Assembly (NCBI GenBank): GCA_964647765.1
Contig: CAZYJC010000002.1
Location: 39,512 to 103,511, forward strand
Reading direction: 5' to 3'
Length of the DNA stretch: 64,000 nucleotides
From: an uncultured Candidatus Saccharibacteria bacterium
Lineage (GTDB): Bacteria; Patescibacteriota; Saccharimonadia; Saccharimonadales; UBA4665
The position numbers and the translations under genes are program-made. How positions within the stretch are numbered: position 1 is the first letter of the stretch; the number at the start of each line of letters is the position of its first letter. The notes beneath the pieces are model-generated. The model saw nothing but the letters and a program-made list of their open reading frames with translations. It was not told the origin of the DNA and did not search any database. Of this stretch, positions 1 through 9,844 are shown in pieces.

Positions 1-1497
1 TTGGTGCTCGGTGCCTCTAACTTATTCACCTCTTTACTGAATTCAGCAATCGTATCTCAGAGGCAGTCTGTGGCCACTACACTAGCGACCAATCAGATGG
101 AGTATCTCAAGTCGTTACCCTATGATCACTTAGCGGTAGCAGGAGGGTCGATATATTCGACTCAAACAATCCCTGCTTCTTATACAAAAAAAGTCCAGGG
201 GGTTACTTATACAGTTACCACGAGTATAAATTATGTTGATGACGCATATGATGGTTGTGGTTCATATCCCAATGCAACACTTAAACAACAGTATTGCCGA
301 AACTATCCACCTCCAACTGGTGCTCCATCAACTGATACAAATGCAGGCGACTACAAAGATGCAAGGGTTACCGTTAAAGATCCATCAGGAACAGTACTAG
401 ACTCCCTAGACACTCATATCGGGGCATTGGTGGCTGAAACAGCAAGTAATACAGGAGCTCTGTTTGTAAAAGTAATCGATGATAGTGGTCAGCCAGTATC
501 CGGAGCGACTGTGAACGTGGTAAATAGCAATGTTTCACCCGCAGTAAATGTCTCCGACTCGACTGACAGTAATGGCCTATCTATATTTTATGATTTACCT
601 CCTAGCACCACTAATTATCGATACGTCATAACTGCTTCAAATGCCGGCTATTCCAGCTTGACGACTATTGCACCTAGCGGTAGTCTTCAGCCTAACTATT
701 CAAGTCAAAACTTAATTGCTCAAAGTTCGTCTTATGTCACCTTAACAATCAAGCCGATGGGCTCTGATAGTTTGCTTGTAGAGAGCACGGATGTAAATGG
801 CAATCCTTTGGCCAATGCCAAGATATATATTAAAGGAGGTTATAAAAAATACACCTCCTCAACAGATACAAGCTATTACTTTGATAATATGAGCCCTTCA
901 GATACAAGGCCAACTACCGATAGTGGTGGTTTGGTTGGAGTAAGCAACCTCGTTCCAGGCAGCTATTACTTCTGCGGTGATGCTGGGGCAAGTAACTGCA
1001 AGATAGGTAATACGACCTATTATTTAGCTGCGGCCATACCATATACCGGAGACAATGCATTGCAACCTATTTCTGTGCCGATCTATTTAGCCTCAAATCC
1101 GCCAGCAACAACTTTCGCTTACAACGGGGATAATTATTTGCAAAAAGTCAGGCTAATGCTGACTACTGATTCTTCTTTCCCAAGAGTAAGCGACTTCAAC
1201 CCTTCTGATGTTAATCAATCCGCAGGAAATCTCTCTAGCTTCACATTTACAGTAAATGGCACGAATCTTCCTTGCAGTTCCAACCCTGCCAGCTGTTCAA
1301 CTCAGGTGAAATTCAGTCAAGCCGGTAACAATTATATTGCTTCATGTACAGGATCAGCAGCTGGGACGCAACTGAACTGCACCGCTAACTTATCAGCTAT
1401 TGGTCAGGGCGATGCTCAAATGATAATTACAGTCAGCGGTAAAACGCTTAACTTACCTACAAGTCCGCTCCTAGGAGGATTAATTGTTAAACCATAA
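1..1497 (+). CDS. Type IV pilus minor-pilin-like large protein, 5-prime end cut by window edge (PilV-like N-region plus carboxypeptidase-regulatory-like beta-sandwich segment)
   Basis: The frame is open from base 1 with no start. Residues LNSAIVSQRQSVATTLATNQMEYLKSLPY resemble the region after the prepilin helix of PilV-type minor pilins. VKVIDDSGQPVSGATVNVVN...DSNG resembles CarboxypepD_reg repeats. It is first in a translationally coupled pilin-like operon. Confidence 0.5.
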   Translation: MVLGASNLFTSLLNSAIVSQRQSVATTLATNQMEYLKSLPYDHLAVAGGSIYSTQTIPASYTKKVQGVTYTVTTSINYVDDAYDGCGSYPNATLKQQYCRNYPPPTGAPSTDTNAGDYKDARVTVKDPSGTVLDSLDTHIGALVAETASNTGALFVKVIDDSGQPVSGATVNVVNSNVSPAVNVSDSTDSNGLSIFYDLPPSTTNYRYVITASNAGYSSLTTIAPSGSLQPNYSSQNLIAQSSSYVTLTIKPMGSDSLLVESTDVNGNPLANAKIYIKGGYKKYTSSTDTSYYFDNMSPSDTRPTTDSGGLVGVSNLVPGSYYFCGDAGASNCKIGNTTYYLAAAIPYTGDNALQPISVPIYLASNPPATTFAYNGDNYLQKVRLMLTTDSSFPRVSDFNPSDVNQSAGNLSSFTFTVNGTNLPCSSNPASCSTQVKFSQAGNNYIASCTGSAAGTQLNCTANLSAIGQGDAQMIITVSGKTLNLPTSPLLGGLIVKP

Positions 1498-2080
1498 ATC
1501 AAATAGCCAAGGCTTTACTCTTGTCGAACTGCTAGTTGTTATCTTATTAGTGGTAGTTATTTTTACCAGTTTTGCATCGTTTTTTACGAACTACCTAATC
1601 CTTTATTCTAAATATCAAAAAGATGGCATGGCCTATAGTGAGCTGTCCCAACAATCTCAACGAATATCTGATGTTATTCGTGGCCTAACGGATATTGTCT
1701 CTGCTTCAAATAATGACATCACCATCTATGCTTACTTTTCGCCTGCTGATGCATATGTTTCACAGGTGAGGTATTATTTAGCGAATTCCAATAAAACGTT
1801 AATGGTGGATGTCACGCCTATGTCGTCAAATCCCCCTAACGGCACATTACTAACTGCTAAGAAAAAAACCTACACCATTATCAGTAATTTTTATTTACCA
1901 ACAAATGGTAAAATCTTTACCTACTACGACGCGGGAGGTACAGCACTATCTGTTCCCCTAACAGACCAGCATACCGTTCTAAGTATTAAAGTTGATATAG
2001 CCTCTCCGAGTAGTAAGAACCCATCTGGACAAACTCTTAGCACGACAGTTAGCTTAAGGAACAGGAAGACAAATCTATGA
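1484..2080 (+). CDS. Prepilin-type minor pilin (PilW/FimT-like)
   Basis: The N-terminus ...SQGFTLVELLVVILLVVVIF is a class III signal with the G/F cleavage-methylation motif and Glu5. The TTG start lies 5 nt after a strong AGGAGG (1473-1478). It overlaps the upstream gene by 14 nt. Confidence 0.75.
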   Translation: MLNHKSNSQGFTLVELLVVILLVVVIFTSFASFFTNYLILYSKYQKDGMAYSELSQQSQRISDVIRGLTDIVSASNNDITIYAYFSPADAYVSQVRYYLANSNKTLMVDVTPMSSNPPNGTLLTAKKKTYTIISNFYLPTNGKIFTYYDAGGTALSVPLTDQHTVLSIKVDIASPSSKNPSGQTLSTTVSLRNRKTNL

Positions 2081-3627
2081 TACCTGCATTACTGTCTGTG
2101 ATAATTGCATTCGCTCTGATGGGAACGGCTATCGCTGAAGTTGCTTTTACGAACTTGTCGATTTCGGGTAACATCGTCAAACGTCAACAAGCTTTTAATA
2201 TTGCTGAATCCGGACTCAATTATTACCTATGGCACCTAAATCACAACCCAACCGATTATAAAGATGGCAAAACTACTCCAAATACACCTGATGCACAGCT
2301 CGGTTACGGACCATATGTTCACAACTATGTTGATAGTAACGCTGACGTTAAGGGAACCTATACCCTTTGGATTAAACCTGCTTCAGCGGGGTCAACAATC
2401 GTTACTGTAAGGTCAATTGGGCAGGCAAGTGGCTCGGGTTTTAAGCGAACTGTAGAAGCTAAGATAGGCTCACCTTCATTTGCGAGTTATGCAGTTGCAT
2501 CAGATTCAGCTCTCTGGTTTGGAAGTACTGAATCAGCCCAAGGTCCCGTAGTATCCAATCAGGGGGTTCGGATGGATGGCGCAAACACGTCTACGGTTAG
2601 CAGCGCCAACACTACTTATACGCCCCCTTCAAATCTCGGGGGCGACGGCAATAGTCATCCAGGAGTATGGTGTAGTTCCTCAGTTACTACACCAGTTAAC
2701 TGTAATACAAGATCAAAAAGTGCTTGGATCTACCCTGTGCCACAAATAGACTTCAACGTCGTAACAAATGCCCAATGTTCTATGAAAAAAATAGCTTTTG
2801 CGGATTACTCTGCTACTTCAGCGCTTGCTAGTCAAGCAAATGCTTGTACTCAGGTACCGAATACGCGCACTAATGCCTACTTGCCACAGAGAAGCACTAC
2901 ATACAGCACAACTAGAGGATATCTAATTATATTAAACTCAAACGGAACATATAATCTGTACAATGTAGATGGCGAAAATGACCAGTTGACTCCTTACACT
3001 AGCGCCTTAACCAGGACATTAGTTGCTTCGAATATTGCCGCTCCGCCTTCTGGGGTAATATTTGCTGAGGACAATGTCTGGGTGCTATCAAATCCAAATT
3101 ATCATGGCCGACTGACTATTTCAGCCGGGAAACTTGCTGCAGGCAACAGTTCATCATATGCAAATATTAATATTGCCGGACCAATACTATATTCTGCAAA
3201 GGATGGTACTGACGCGATTGGCTTAGTAGCCCAAAAAGCCGTCCTAATTAAACCCTACGCTCCGCCGAGTACTGGTTCCTTTACGTTTGAGATCGATGCC
3301 GCTTTGTTAGCTCAAACTGGCGAAGTCTGGTATCCAGGTACTTATCTGACAAATACAAACCGCTGTACCAGAGGCTGGGTTAGCAACAATCAACAATTTG
3401 TTTTTTACGGTTCAGTAGCAACTCGACAAACCTGGACTTGGACATGGTTACAAGGCGGGGGAGCCTGCGGTGATGCTGTATTCTCGGCTGGAAACGGCTA
3501 CATTTCTGGAATTCTGAATAACCAGAGCCAATATGATTACAATCTACAGTATTCGCCGCCGCCGAGCTATCCGCTGACATCTGGATATAATATTTTGTCT
3601 TGGCGAGAGGTACTGACTCATCCATAA
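2077..3627 (+). CDS. Large pilus-associated protein with PilX-like N-terminal hydrophobic helix
   Basis: ATGA start/stop overlap with the preceding pilin gene. The N-terminus MIPALLSVIIAFALMGTAIAEVAF...AFNIAESGLNYYLWHL resembles the PilX N-terminal domain. The rest is Ser/Thr/Asn-rich and looks extracellular. Confidence 0.5.
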   Translation: MIPALLSVIIAFALMGTAIAEVAFTNLSISGNIVKRQQAFNIAESGLNYYLWHLNHNPTDYKDGKTTPNTPDAQLGYGPYVHNYVDSNADVKGTYTLWIKPASAGSTIVTVRSIGQASGSGFKRTVEAKIGSPSFASYAVASDSALWFGSTESAQGPVVSNQGVRMDGANTSTVSSANTTYTPPSNLGGDGNSHPGVWCSSSVTTPVNCNTRSKSAWIYPVPQIDFNVVTNAQCSMKKIAFADYSATSALASQANACTQVPNTRTNAYLPQRSTTYSTTRGYLIILNSNGTYNLYNVDGENDQLTPYTSALTRTLVASNIAAPPSGVIFAEDNVWVLSNPNYHGRLTISAGKLAAGNSSSYANINIAGPILYSAKDGTDAIGLVAQKAVLIKPYAPPSTGSFTFEIDAALLAQTGEVWYPGTYLTNTNRCTRGWVSNNQQFVFYGSVATRQTWTWTWLQGGGACGDAVFSAGNGYISGILNNQSQYDYNLQYSPPPSYPLTSGYNILSWREVLTHP

Positions 3628-3644
3628 GACAACATAAATACTAC

Positions 3645-3677
3645 AATAAAAACCCCCGATTAACGGGGGTTTTTATT
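3645..3677. terminator. Bidirectional rho-independent terminator between convergent pilin operons
   Basis: Stem CCCCCG (3653-3658) / CGGGGG (3664-3669) with a 5-nt loop, flanked by an A-tract upstream and TTTTTATT downstream. Confidence 0.7.
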
Positions 3678-3696
3678 AATGAGCGAATAAACTATT

Positions 3697-4170
3697 TTAG
3701 TCTAAGTTGCTCTTACTTGCCGTGCTGGAGCCATTAACAGTACCCTCAAAGGTAGCAGTCAAAGTGTATTTAGCACAGTTTGTGTCTGTAGATTCACAGC
3801 TTTGGTCGCTGGCATCAGTAACCTCGTATGAGTATGACTTGGCAGTTGGAGTTGCAACAAGAGTTTTACTCTGAGTAGCATTAGAAGGATCAACCAATGC
3901 GTTCTGATCAAGACTCTTCAAGTTGGCTGCAAGCCATGTGCCGTTATTCATGTCAGCTCGTGATGGATAATAACCACTTTGCTGATAAAAAGCTTCGAGC
4001 TGTGTTTGAATAGCAGCAATGTCGCTTTGTCTTTTACTGTTACGTGCCTTTTGTTGGATGCCACTATAGGTTGTTATAACCAATAGTGCCAAAATACCGA
4101 TTACGACGATGACGATCAAAAGTTCGACGATCGTGAAACCTTGTTCTTTACGATTTTTCAGGGAGATCAT
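3697..4170 (-). CDS. pilA: Major type IV pilin
   Basis: MISLKNRKEQGFTIVELLIVIVVIGILALLVITTYSGIQQKARN is a canonical type IVa prepilin leader, methylation motif and alpha1 helix. A C-terminal Cys pair (SCESTDTNC) is typical of the D-region. A strong SD (AAGGAGGG) lies upstream. Confidence 0.85.
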   Translation of the reverse strand: MISLKNRKEQGFTIVELLIVIVVIGILALLVITTYSGIQQKARNSKRQSDIAAIQTQLEAFYQQSGYYPSRADMNNGTWLAANLKSLDQNALVDPSNATQSKTLVATPTAKSYSYEVTDASDQSCESTDTNCAKYTLTATFEGTVNGSSTASKSNLD

Positions 4171-4254
4171 TAGAGCCCACCCTCCTTGATTAGTTTTTTA
4201 CTTATTGATCGTAACAGAGCGCAATCAATAGCACGCTGTAACTATCTGGCTATG

Positions 4255-4282
4255 ATTATAACCATAACGGTTTTGAGGTCAA
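4255..4282 (-). promoter_or_regulatory. Sigma70-like promoter for pilA (TTGACC-N16-TATAAT on minus strand)
   Basis: The plus strand shows ATTATA at 4255-4260 and GGTCAA at 4277-4282, which is TTGACC / TATAAT with a 16-nt spacer. It lies in the 130-nt pilC-pilA gap. Confidence 0.5.
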
Positions 4283-4300
4283 GAGATAATGTGGATAATT

Positions 4301-5554
4301 TTAACTGCCACCGATGTTCTTACTAAGGTTGGCGATTGGGCCCATGACACTTGCCGCAATCAATCCAACTGCAGCTCCAAGAAAAATAATCATTATGGGT
4401 TCAATTATTGAGGCCAGGCCATCTATTAACACGGAGACCTCCTCTTCGTAGAAATCGGCAATTTTTACTAATACGGTATCAATTTGCCCTGTTTCTTCCC
4501 CAACAATCAGCATTTGCGCGACTATCGGGGGAAAATGTTTACTCTGGCTTATTGGTTCACTTAGCGGTTTACCATTTTTCACCTGTACCGCAGCGTCTTT
4601 TAGTTCTTTTTCGATTACTTTATTACCTATAGCCGCACCTGTAACATCGAGCGCATCCAGTACGCTAACCCCAGCCCCCATTAGCGAAGCAAAGGTTCTG
4701 GAAAATCTAGCGATAGCGACTTTAGTAATTATGGTCTTTATAACCGGCAAGCGTAGCAATAATCCATGAAATTTGTATTTCCCGGCCGGTGTCCGAATAT
4801 ACCTTAGAGTAAAAAATGCAGCTATTCCCAACGCAATCGTGATCAAAATAAGGTTGGGCACATGCGGGATTATTGTGCTGCTTTTGCAGAAATTAGAAAT
4901 ATTGAGAAGTATCTGCGTATAAATAGGCAATTTGGCGTTTGGTCCACCAAGACTAGTTAATATACTGCCGAGTTTAGGGACGATGAATAGCATTATTCCA
5001 AAAAAAGCTACTATGGTGACGACCAATATTACCACTGGATACATCATCGCGCTCTTGATCTTCTTGCGCATGGATGCGTCTTGCTCAACCTGTAGAGCTA
5101 ATCGCTTCAGAATGTCGTCAAGTATTCCGCCTTCTTCTCCTGCTTTTACCATATTTACGTAGACATCGTTAAAAACCCCTGGATATTTAGCAAATGCATC
5201 ACCGAGCGTGGCACCACTCTCAACATCTTTCGTGATTCCTGCCAATACCTCCTTCATGTAAGGACTCTCTGCATCGGCCTGAAGCGCAGATAAGGATCTT
5301 GTTAGCGGCACACCAGCAGAAATCATAGTAGATAGCTGCCTGGTAAAGATAACTAATTCACTTTGTTTAATTTTTTTATTTCCGCCAAAAAGCCTGCTGC
5401 CACCATCACCTTTTTTACTTTTGTCAATTTCAATTAATACAGGCGAAAGTTCCTCTTTGTGCAGAATTGTCAACAGAGCCTGTTTATTGGCAGCTTCTGC
5501 GCTTCCGCTAATTGTCTTTCCTTCTTTGTTCGTCGCCTTGTATTTAAATCGCAT
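4301..5554 (-). CDS. pilC: Type IV pilus platform protein PilC (GspF family)
   Basis: 417 aa with two repeated T2SSF-like halves, three TM segments, and motifs such as FTRQLSTMISAGVPL and FSRTFASLMGAGVSVLDAL. It lies immediately downstream of pilB. Confidence 0.9.
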   Translation of the reverse strand: MRFKYKATNKEGKTISGSAEAANKQALLTILHKEELSPVLIEIDKSKKGDGGSRLFGGNKKIKQSELVIFTRQLSTMISAGVPLTRSLSALQADAESPYMKEVLAGITKDVESGATLGDAFAKYPGVFNDVYVNMVKAGEEGGILDDILKRLALQVEQDASMRKKIKSAMMYPVVILVVTIVAFFGIMLFIVPKLGSILTSLGGPNAKLPIYTQILLNISNFCKSSTIIPHVPNLILITIALGIAAFFTLRYIRTPAGKYKFHGLLLRLPVIKTIITKVAIARFSRTFASLMGAGVSVLDALDVTGAAIGNKVIEKELKDAAVQVKNGKPLSEPISQSKHFPPIVAQMLIVGEETGQIDTVLVKIADFYEEEVSVLIDGLASIIEPIMIIFLGAAVGLIAASVMGPIANLSKNIGGS

Positions 5555-5555
5555 A

Positions 5556-7364
5556 TTATTCCTGGCTGGTTACACGTAAAACTTCTTCTATTGTAGTCTG
5601 TCCACGAAGAGCTTTAATCAGACCATCTAGCTGCATAGTTATCATTCCTTCTTTTATGGCTGTGTCTTCGATTATTTCGCTAGTAGAATTATTTACTATC
5701 AATTTTTGTATCTCATTCGTATTTGCTAAGACTTCATATATGCCTAAACGTCCTTTATAGCCCGAGCCATTGCAGCTATCACAGCCTTCTTCATGTGCTT
5801 TGTAAAGCCTGGTAATTGATGTTGCAGATGAGCTCATTTCGTACGTAGCGTCGGTTTTTGCCTCTGTACCTTTACCGATACCATCATTGAGCGCAGCCTC
5901 TTCGAGTTGGCGTATGCGCTTCATGCCTCCGTTTTCTTCGATCTGGAAGGCCTTGAAAATTTCCTTGATAAAGGCATCGTCAGGTGTGACTTTTTCACGA
6001 CAATCGACACACAGCCGCCTAACTAGTCGTTGTGCAATTACAACACGTACGGTGCTGGCAATTAAGAAGGGCTCGACACCCATTTCTAGCAGTCGTGGTA
6101 GGCAGGTGGCGGCGTTGTTGGTGTGCAGAGTACTAAAAACCAAGTGCCCAGTCAGAGAGGCCTGTACTGCGAGATCGGCAGTTTCGCCATCTCGTATCTC
6201 GCCAACCATAATAATGTTGGGGTCTTGCCTCAAAAGTGCTCGTAGGCCGTTGGAAAAAGTCATTCCGGCAATCGGATTTACTTGCACCTGATTAGCACCA
6301 ACCACGTGATATTCGACAGGATCTTCAACGGTCGAAATATTAACGCTAGGGGTATTTAATGCGCTGAGTACGCTAAATAATGTAGTCGACTTGCCAGATC
6401 CAGTAGGGCCGGTCACTAAAACCATTCCGTGCGGCTGGATAATTGCCCCCTTGAGAAGTTCTAGCGCGTTACCCCAGAAACCAAGCTCATTAAAATCGGC
6501 TGGCTTACTTGATTCATTTAGAATTCTCATGACAACCTTTTCGCCATCCAAGATTGGTAATGTCGAAACACGCAGGGCATAAATCTGGCCATTAACTTCA
6601 ACCTTAAAGCGCCCGTCCTGAGGTGCCCGGTGTTCGTCGATCTTCAGATTACTAAGAATTTTAATTCGGCTCACAAGTGAACCTAACATCTTGCGCGGCA
6701 ATTTGTTGGCTTCTCTTAGCATTCCGTCTATTCGATATCTTATAACCACAAAACCTTCACGAGGTTCTATATGGATATCGCTGGCATTAGACTTGATGCC
6801 ATATTCAATAATGATGTTAACCGTCTGAGCAACCGGTGAATCTTCGGCAAGATCGCTCTCGTCAATATCTTCGTCTTCCTCTGATTCAGGGCTATCATCG
6901 GTGATAACCTTCGTAAGCTCGCTACTAATATTGCCGCGATACTGGTCAAGGGCGGATTGCAGTAGACTTTTGGTGGTTATAAAAACCTTAATATTGTTAC
7001 CGAGCTGCTTATGGAGGAAGTTTAAGGCCTGGATATCATCGGGATCTTGCATGGCAACATGTTTGATGCCATCTTTTTCAACTTCGAACACAACTGCGTT
7101 GTATTGTCGGGCGATTCTCTCTGGCAGCTGCTTGAGCACCTCGGATTTTATTTCCTTGGCGTTTAATTCAACAAATGGCACCTCGATTTCGTCAGCGTAT
7201 AGCTTAGTCAGATCCTTTTCGCTAATCAGATTAGCCTCAATGGCTAGATCTTGCAGAGGCTTTTTGTCCTTGGCCCCCTCTTGATTAAGGGCTTCAAGCT
7301 GATCCTTTTTTACTTTTCCGCCACTAAGCAGTAGTTTCTCAACCAAGGTGTCGGCAATTCGCAT
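5556..7364 (-). CDS. pilB: Type IV pilus assembly ATPase PilB (GspE family)
   Basis: Carries an N-terminal T2SSE_N-like domain, Walker A GPTGSGKST, Asp/His boxes (MVGEIRD, TGHLVFSTLHTN) and tetracysteine CVDC...CDSC. Confidence 0.92.
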   Translation of the reverse strand: MRIADTLVEKLLLSGGKVKKDQLEALNQEGAKDKKPLQDLAIEANLISEKDLTKLYADEIEVPFVELNAKEIKSEVLKQLPERIARQYNAVVFEVEKDGIKHVAMQDPDDIQALNFLHKQLGNNIKVFITTKSLLQSALDQYRGNISSELTKVITDDSPESEEDEDIDESDLAEDSPVAQTVNIIIEYGIKSNASDIHIEPREGFVVIRYRIDGMLREANKLPRKMLGSLVSRIKILSNLKIDEHRAPQDGRFKVEVNGQIYALRVSTLPILDGEKVVMRILNESSKPADFNELGFWGNALELLKGAIIQPHGMVLVTGPTGSGKSTTLFSVLSALNTPSVNISTVEDPVEYHVVGANQVQVNPIAGMTFSNGLRALLRQDPNIIMVGEIRDGETADLAVQASLTGHLVFSTLHTNNAATCLPRLLEMGVEPFLIASTVRVVIAQRLVRRLCVDCREKVTPDDAFIKEIFKAFQIEENGGMKRIRQLEEAALNDGIGKGTEAKTDATYEMSSSATSITRLYKAHEEGCDSCNGSGYKGRLGIYEVLANTNEIQKLIVNNSTSEIIEDTAIKEGMITMQLDGLIKALRGQTTIEEVLRVTSQE

Positions 7365-7565
7365 TTTTAACCCCGGTTATTTTTTATTTGTAGAAATCCA
7401 CCCATAACCTTGTAATCATACCAAATGTTAAGTATTTATTAAAAAGCCAATAACATCTAAGCACGAGCAATTTCATTCGAGGGCACCAAGCCATATAGTG
7501 CTAAAAGTGGTAAAATAAGAGTAATCGAAATGGGTAACGGCACGGTCTATAACTAGGAGGTTTAA

Positions 7566-8597
7566 GTGGCGGAAGCAAAAGTAGCAAAGACTAAGAAAAC
7601 AGAAGAGCCTAAGGCCAGCGAAGGCAAGGCAAAAGCGCTTGGAATGGCGCTGGAGAGTATCGAGAAACAATTCGGTAAAGGCTCAATTATGAAGATGGGT
7701 GACATGCACGCAACTAATGTTGAGTGCACTTCGACAGGGGCTCTTAGTTTGGACTTAGCCCTTGGCGGCGGTATCCCCAAGGGTAGAATAATTGAAATTT
7801 ACGGTCCTGAGAGTTCAGGTAAAACAACCTTGACCTTACATGCAATTGCCGAAGTTCAAAAAGGCGGCGGCACAGCAGCGTTTATCGACGCAGAGCACGC
7901 CCTTGATCCAGCCTATGCCAAACGAATTGGCGTAGATGTGGAGAATCTACTTTTGTCACAGCCAGATAATGGCGAGCAAGCTCTTGAGATAGTAGAGACC
8001 CTTGTGCGCTCAAACGCAGTAGATTTAATTGTTGTCGACTCGGTTGCAGCATTGGTTCCTCGAGCAGAGATCGACGGAGAAATGGGCGACAGCCATATGG
8101 GTCTGCAGGCACGTTTGATGAGCCAGGCCTTAAGGAAGTTAACGGGAATTATTAGCCGTAGTAAGGCCAGCGTAATTTTCATCAACCAGATTCGTATGAA
8201 GATTGGCGTGATGTTCGGTAATCCCGAAACAACAACTGGTGGAAATGCTCTTAAATTCTATTCCAGTGTGCGTATGGATATCCGCAGAGTAGGTCAAATC
8301 AAACAGGGCGAGGAGATACTCGGCAATCGCACAAGAGTTAAAATAGTCAAAAATAAGATTGCACCACCATTTAGACAGGCCGAGTTCGACATCATGTACA
8401 ACCAGGGAATTAGTAAGAGCGGCGATATCTTAGATCTTGCAGCTGACAAGGGAATTATTGATAAATCTGGTGCTTGGTATGCCTACAAGGACGCCAAGAT
8501 AGGTCAGGGCAGAGAAGCTGCCAAGACCTACCTGGAACAAAATCCTAAAGTCGAAGACGAAGTAGTAAAGCAAATTCTAGATAGTATCGAAGAATAG
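7566..8597 (+). CDS. recA: Recombinase RecA
   Basis: [13 protein letters not shown] Walker [11 protein letters not shown], and [34 protein letters not shown]. The GTG start follows AGGAGG. Confidence 0.97.
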   Translation: MAEAKVAKTKKTEEPKASEGKAKALGMALESIEKQFGKGSIMKMGDMHATNVECTSTGALSLDLALGGGIPKGRIIEIYGPESSGKTTLTLHAIAEVQKGGGTAAFIDAEHALDPAYAKRIGVDVENLLLSQPDNGEQALEIVETLVRSNAVDLIVVDSVAALVPRAEIDGEMGDSHMGLQARLMSQALRKLTGIISRSKASVIFINQIRMKIGVMFGNPETTTGGNALKFYSSVRMDIRRVGQIKQGEEILGNRTRVKIVKNKIAPPFRQAEFDIMYNQGISKSGDILDLAADKGIIDKSGAWYAYKDAKIGQGREAAKTYLEQNPKVEDEVVKQILDSIEE

Positions 8598-8622
8598 AGC
8601 AGAAACTCAATTTGTTTAGCTG

Positions 8623-9231
8623 ATGAAGATCACCAGCATCAAAGCACAAGTTAATCGGCAGGGGAGATACTCGATTTTTGTAGAAGGGAAGTACGCTTTT
8701 TCGCTGAGTGATACTGCCCTTCTCGAGAGTAAACTTGTAAACGGCCAGGAGATTTCTCAAAAAAGGCTCGGGGAACTTAAAGAATTATCCGATCAAGACA
8801 AGCTGTTATCACAAACCATAAATTATGCTATGCTACGGCCTCACAGTCGTTGGGAAATTGAACAGTATCTCAAAAAGAAAAAGTGCCCCACTGCCCTATC
8901 AGAAATAATACTTAACAAGTTAAGTAAACTAGGATACATTGATGATCAAAAATTTGCTGAGGCTTGGGTGGAATCTCGACTGCTTAGTAAGCCCACTTCC
9001 CTGCGCAAACTTGAGCAAAAGCTAAAGCTCAAGCATGTGAGTAGTGAAGTGATACAGATCACTCTTGCTCAAGGAGTAGATATTTCTGAAAAAGAAAGCA
9101 TCAGACAATTGGCTCAGGCAAAAATCAAACAGAAACGCTATCAGGATAAACTAAAATTAATGCAGTTTTTATCCAGGCAAGGCTTCAATTATGGCGACAT
9201 AAAAGAAGTCGTCGAAGAATTAGATATTTAA
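8623..9231 (+). CDS. recX: RecA regulator RecX
   Basis: Lies immediately downstream of recA. It is about 200 aa, helical-repeat and K/E-rich, with typical RecX segments (RPHSRWEIEQYLKKK..., FLSRQGFNYGDIKEVV). Confidence 0.8.
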   Translation: MKITSIKAQVNRQGRYSIFVEGKYAFSLSDTALLESKLVNGQEISQKRLGELKELSDQDKLLSQTINYAMLRPHSRWEIEQYLKKKKCPTALSEIILNKLSKLGYIDDQKFAEAWVESRLLSKPTSLRKLEQKLKLKHVSSEVIQITLAQGVDISEKESIRQLAQAKIKQKRYQDKLKLMQFLSRQGFNYGDIKEVVEELDI

Positions 9232-9750
9232 TTAACTTGCTGGCGAGGTTGCGGGCACCCTAGATGTTCGCGTCAGACTATTAATTATGATTCGCTTCGG
9301 CGTTAATTCAACTATCTGACTTCGGTCTATACTAAGCGATCCGCCAGTTAAACTTTTCATAATAGATTGGGCAACATATATTTTTTGAATCATCATGGTT
9401 TCTACTTCAGTTGCAAAATCACTTACTTTGCCGATTTTTTGCTTATCAACTGTTACTACCTGCTTACCTACAATCTGATAATTTATGCTTAGAATATCTT
9501 TTAAGCGGACTAAATCACTCTCTTCTACAAGTACATCGTGATCGTTAACTACAAACCCGGTAGCCAGTACATCTCGAATATCTTGATAAAGCAGGATTAA
9601 TTCCTTCTTGCTGTAGCTATCCCGACAGTAAAAACCCTCAATTTTAAGGTTATTGGGGTTAAATATAGCTCCAGTAACCTGAGCGACGGCCGAACCTGTT
9701 CTAAGCGAAAGAACAGGCTTTGATAATAATGAACGACTTAACTGAAGCAT
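9232..9750 (-). CDS. PRC-barrel domain protein (two PRC-like repeats)
   Basis: The patterns VLSLRTGSAVAQVTGAIFNPNNLKIEGFY and VVTVDKQKIGKVSDFATEVETMMIQKIYV are PRC-barrel-like. I moved the start to ATG 9750 (MLQLSR...) because the longer ORF to 9912 overlaps the next gene and encodes a low-quality hydrophobic N-terminus. Confidence 0.55.
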   Translation of the reverse strand: MLQLSRSLLSKPVLSLRTGSAVAQVTGAIFNPNNLKIEGFYCRDSYSKKELILLYQDIRDVLATGFVVNDHDVLVEESDLVRLKDILSINYQIVGKQVVTVDKQKIGKVSDFATEVETMMIQKIYVAQSIMKSLTGGSLSIDRSQIVELTPKRIIINSLTRTSRVPATSPAS

Positions 9751-9844
9751 AAGTACATTATAGCCAATAAAATAAACTTTGTTGACATCTGTTAAAAAGC
9801 GCTTATAGTTAAAAGAGCATATAGCGAAATAAATAGGTACAAAA

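Noticed and set aside
7365-7565. A LexA/SOS box or Cheo box upstream of recA.
   Set aside because: No GAAC-N4-GTTC or CTGT-N8-ACAG-type palindrome is visible in the 200-nt divergent pilB/recA region.
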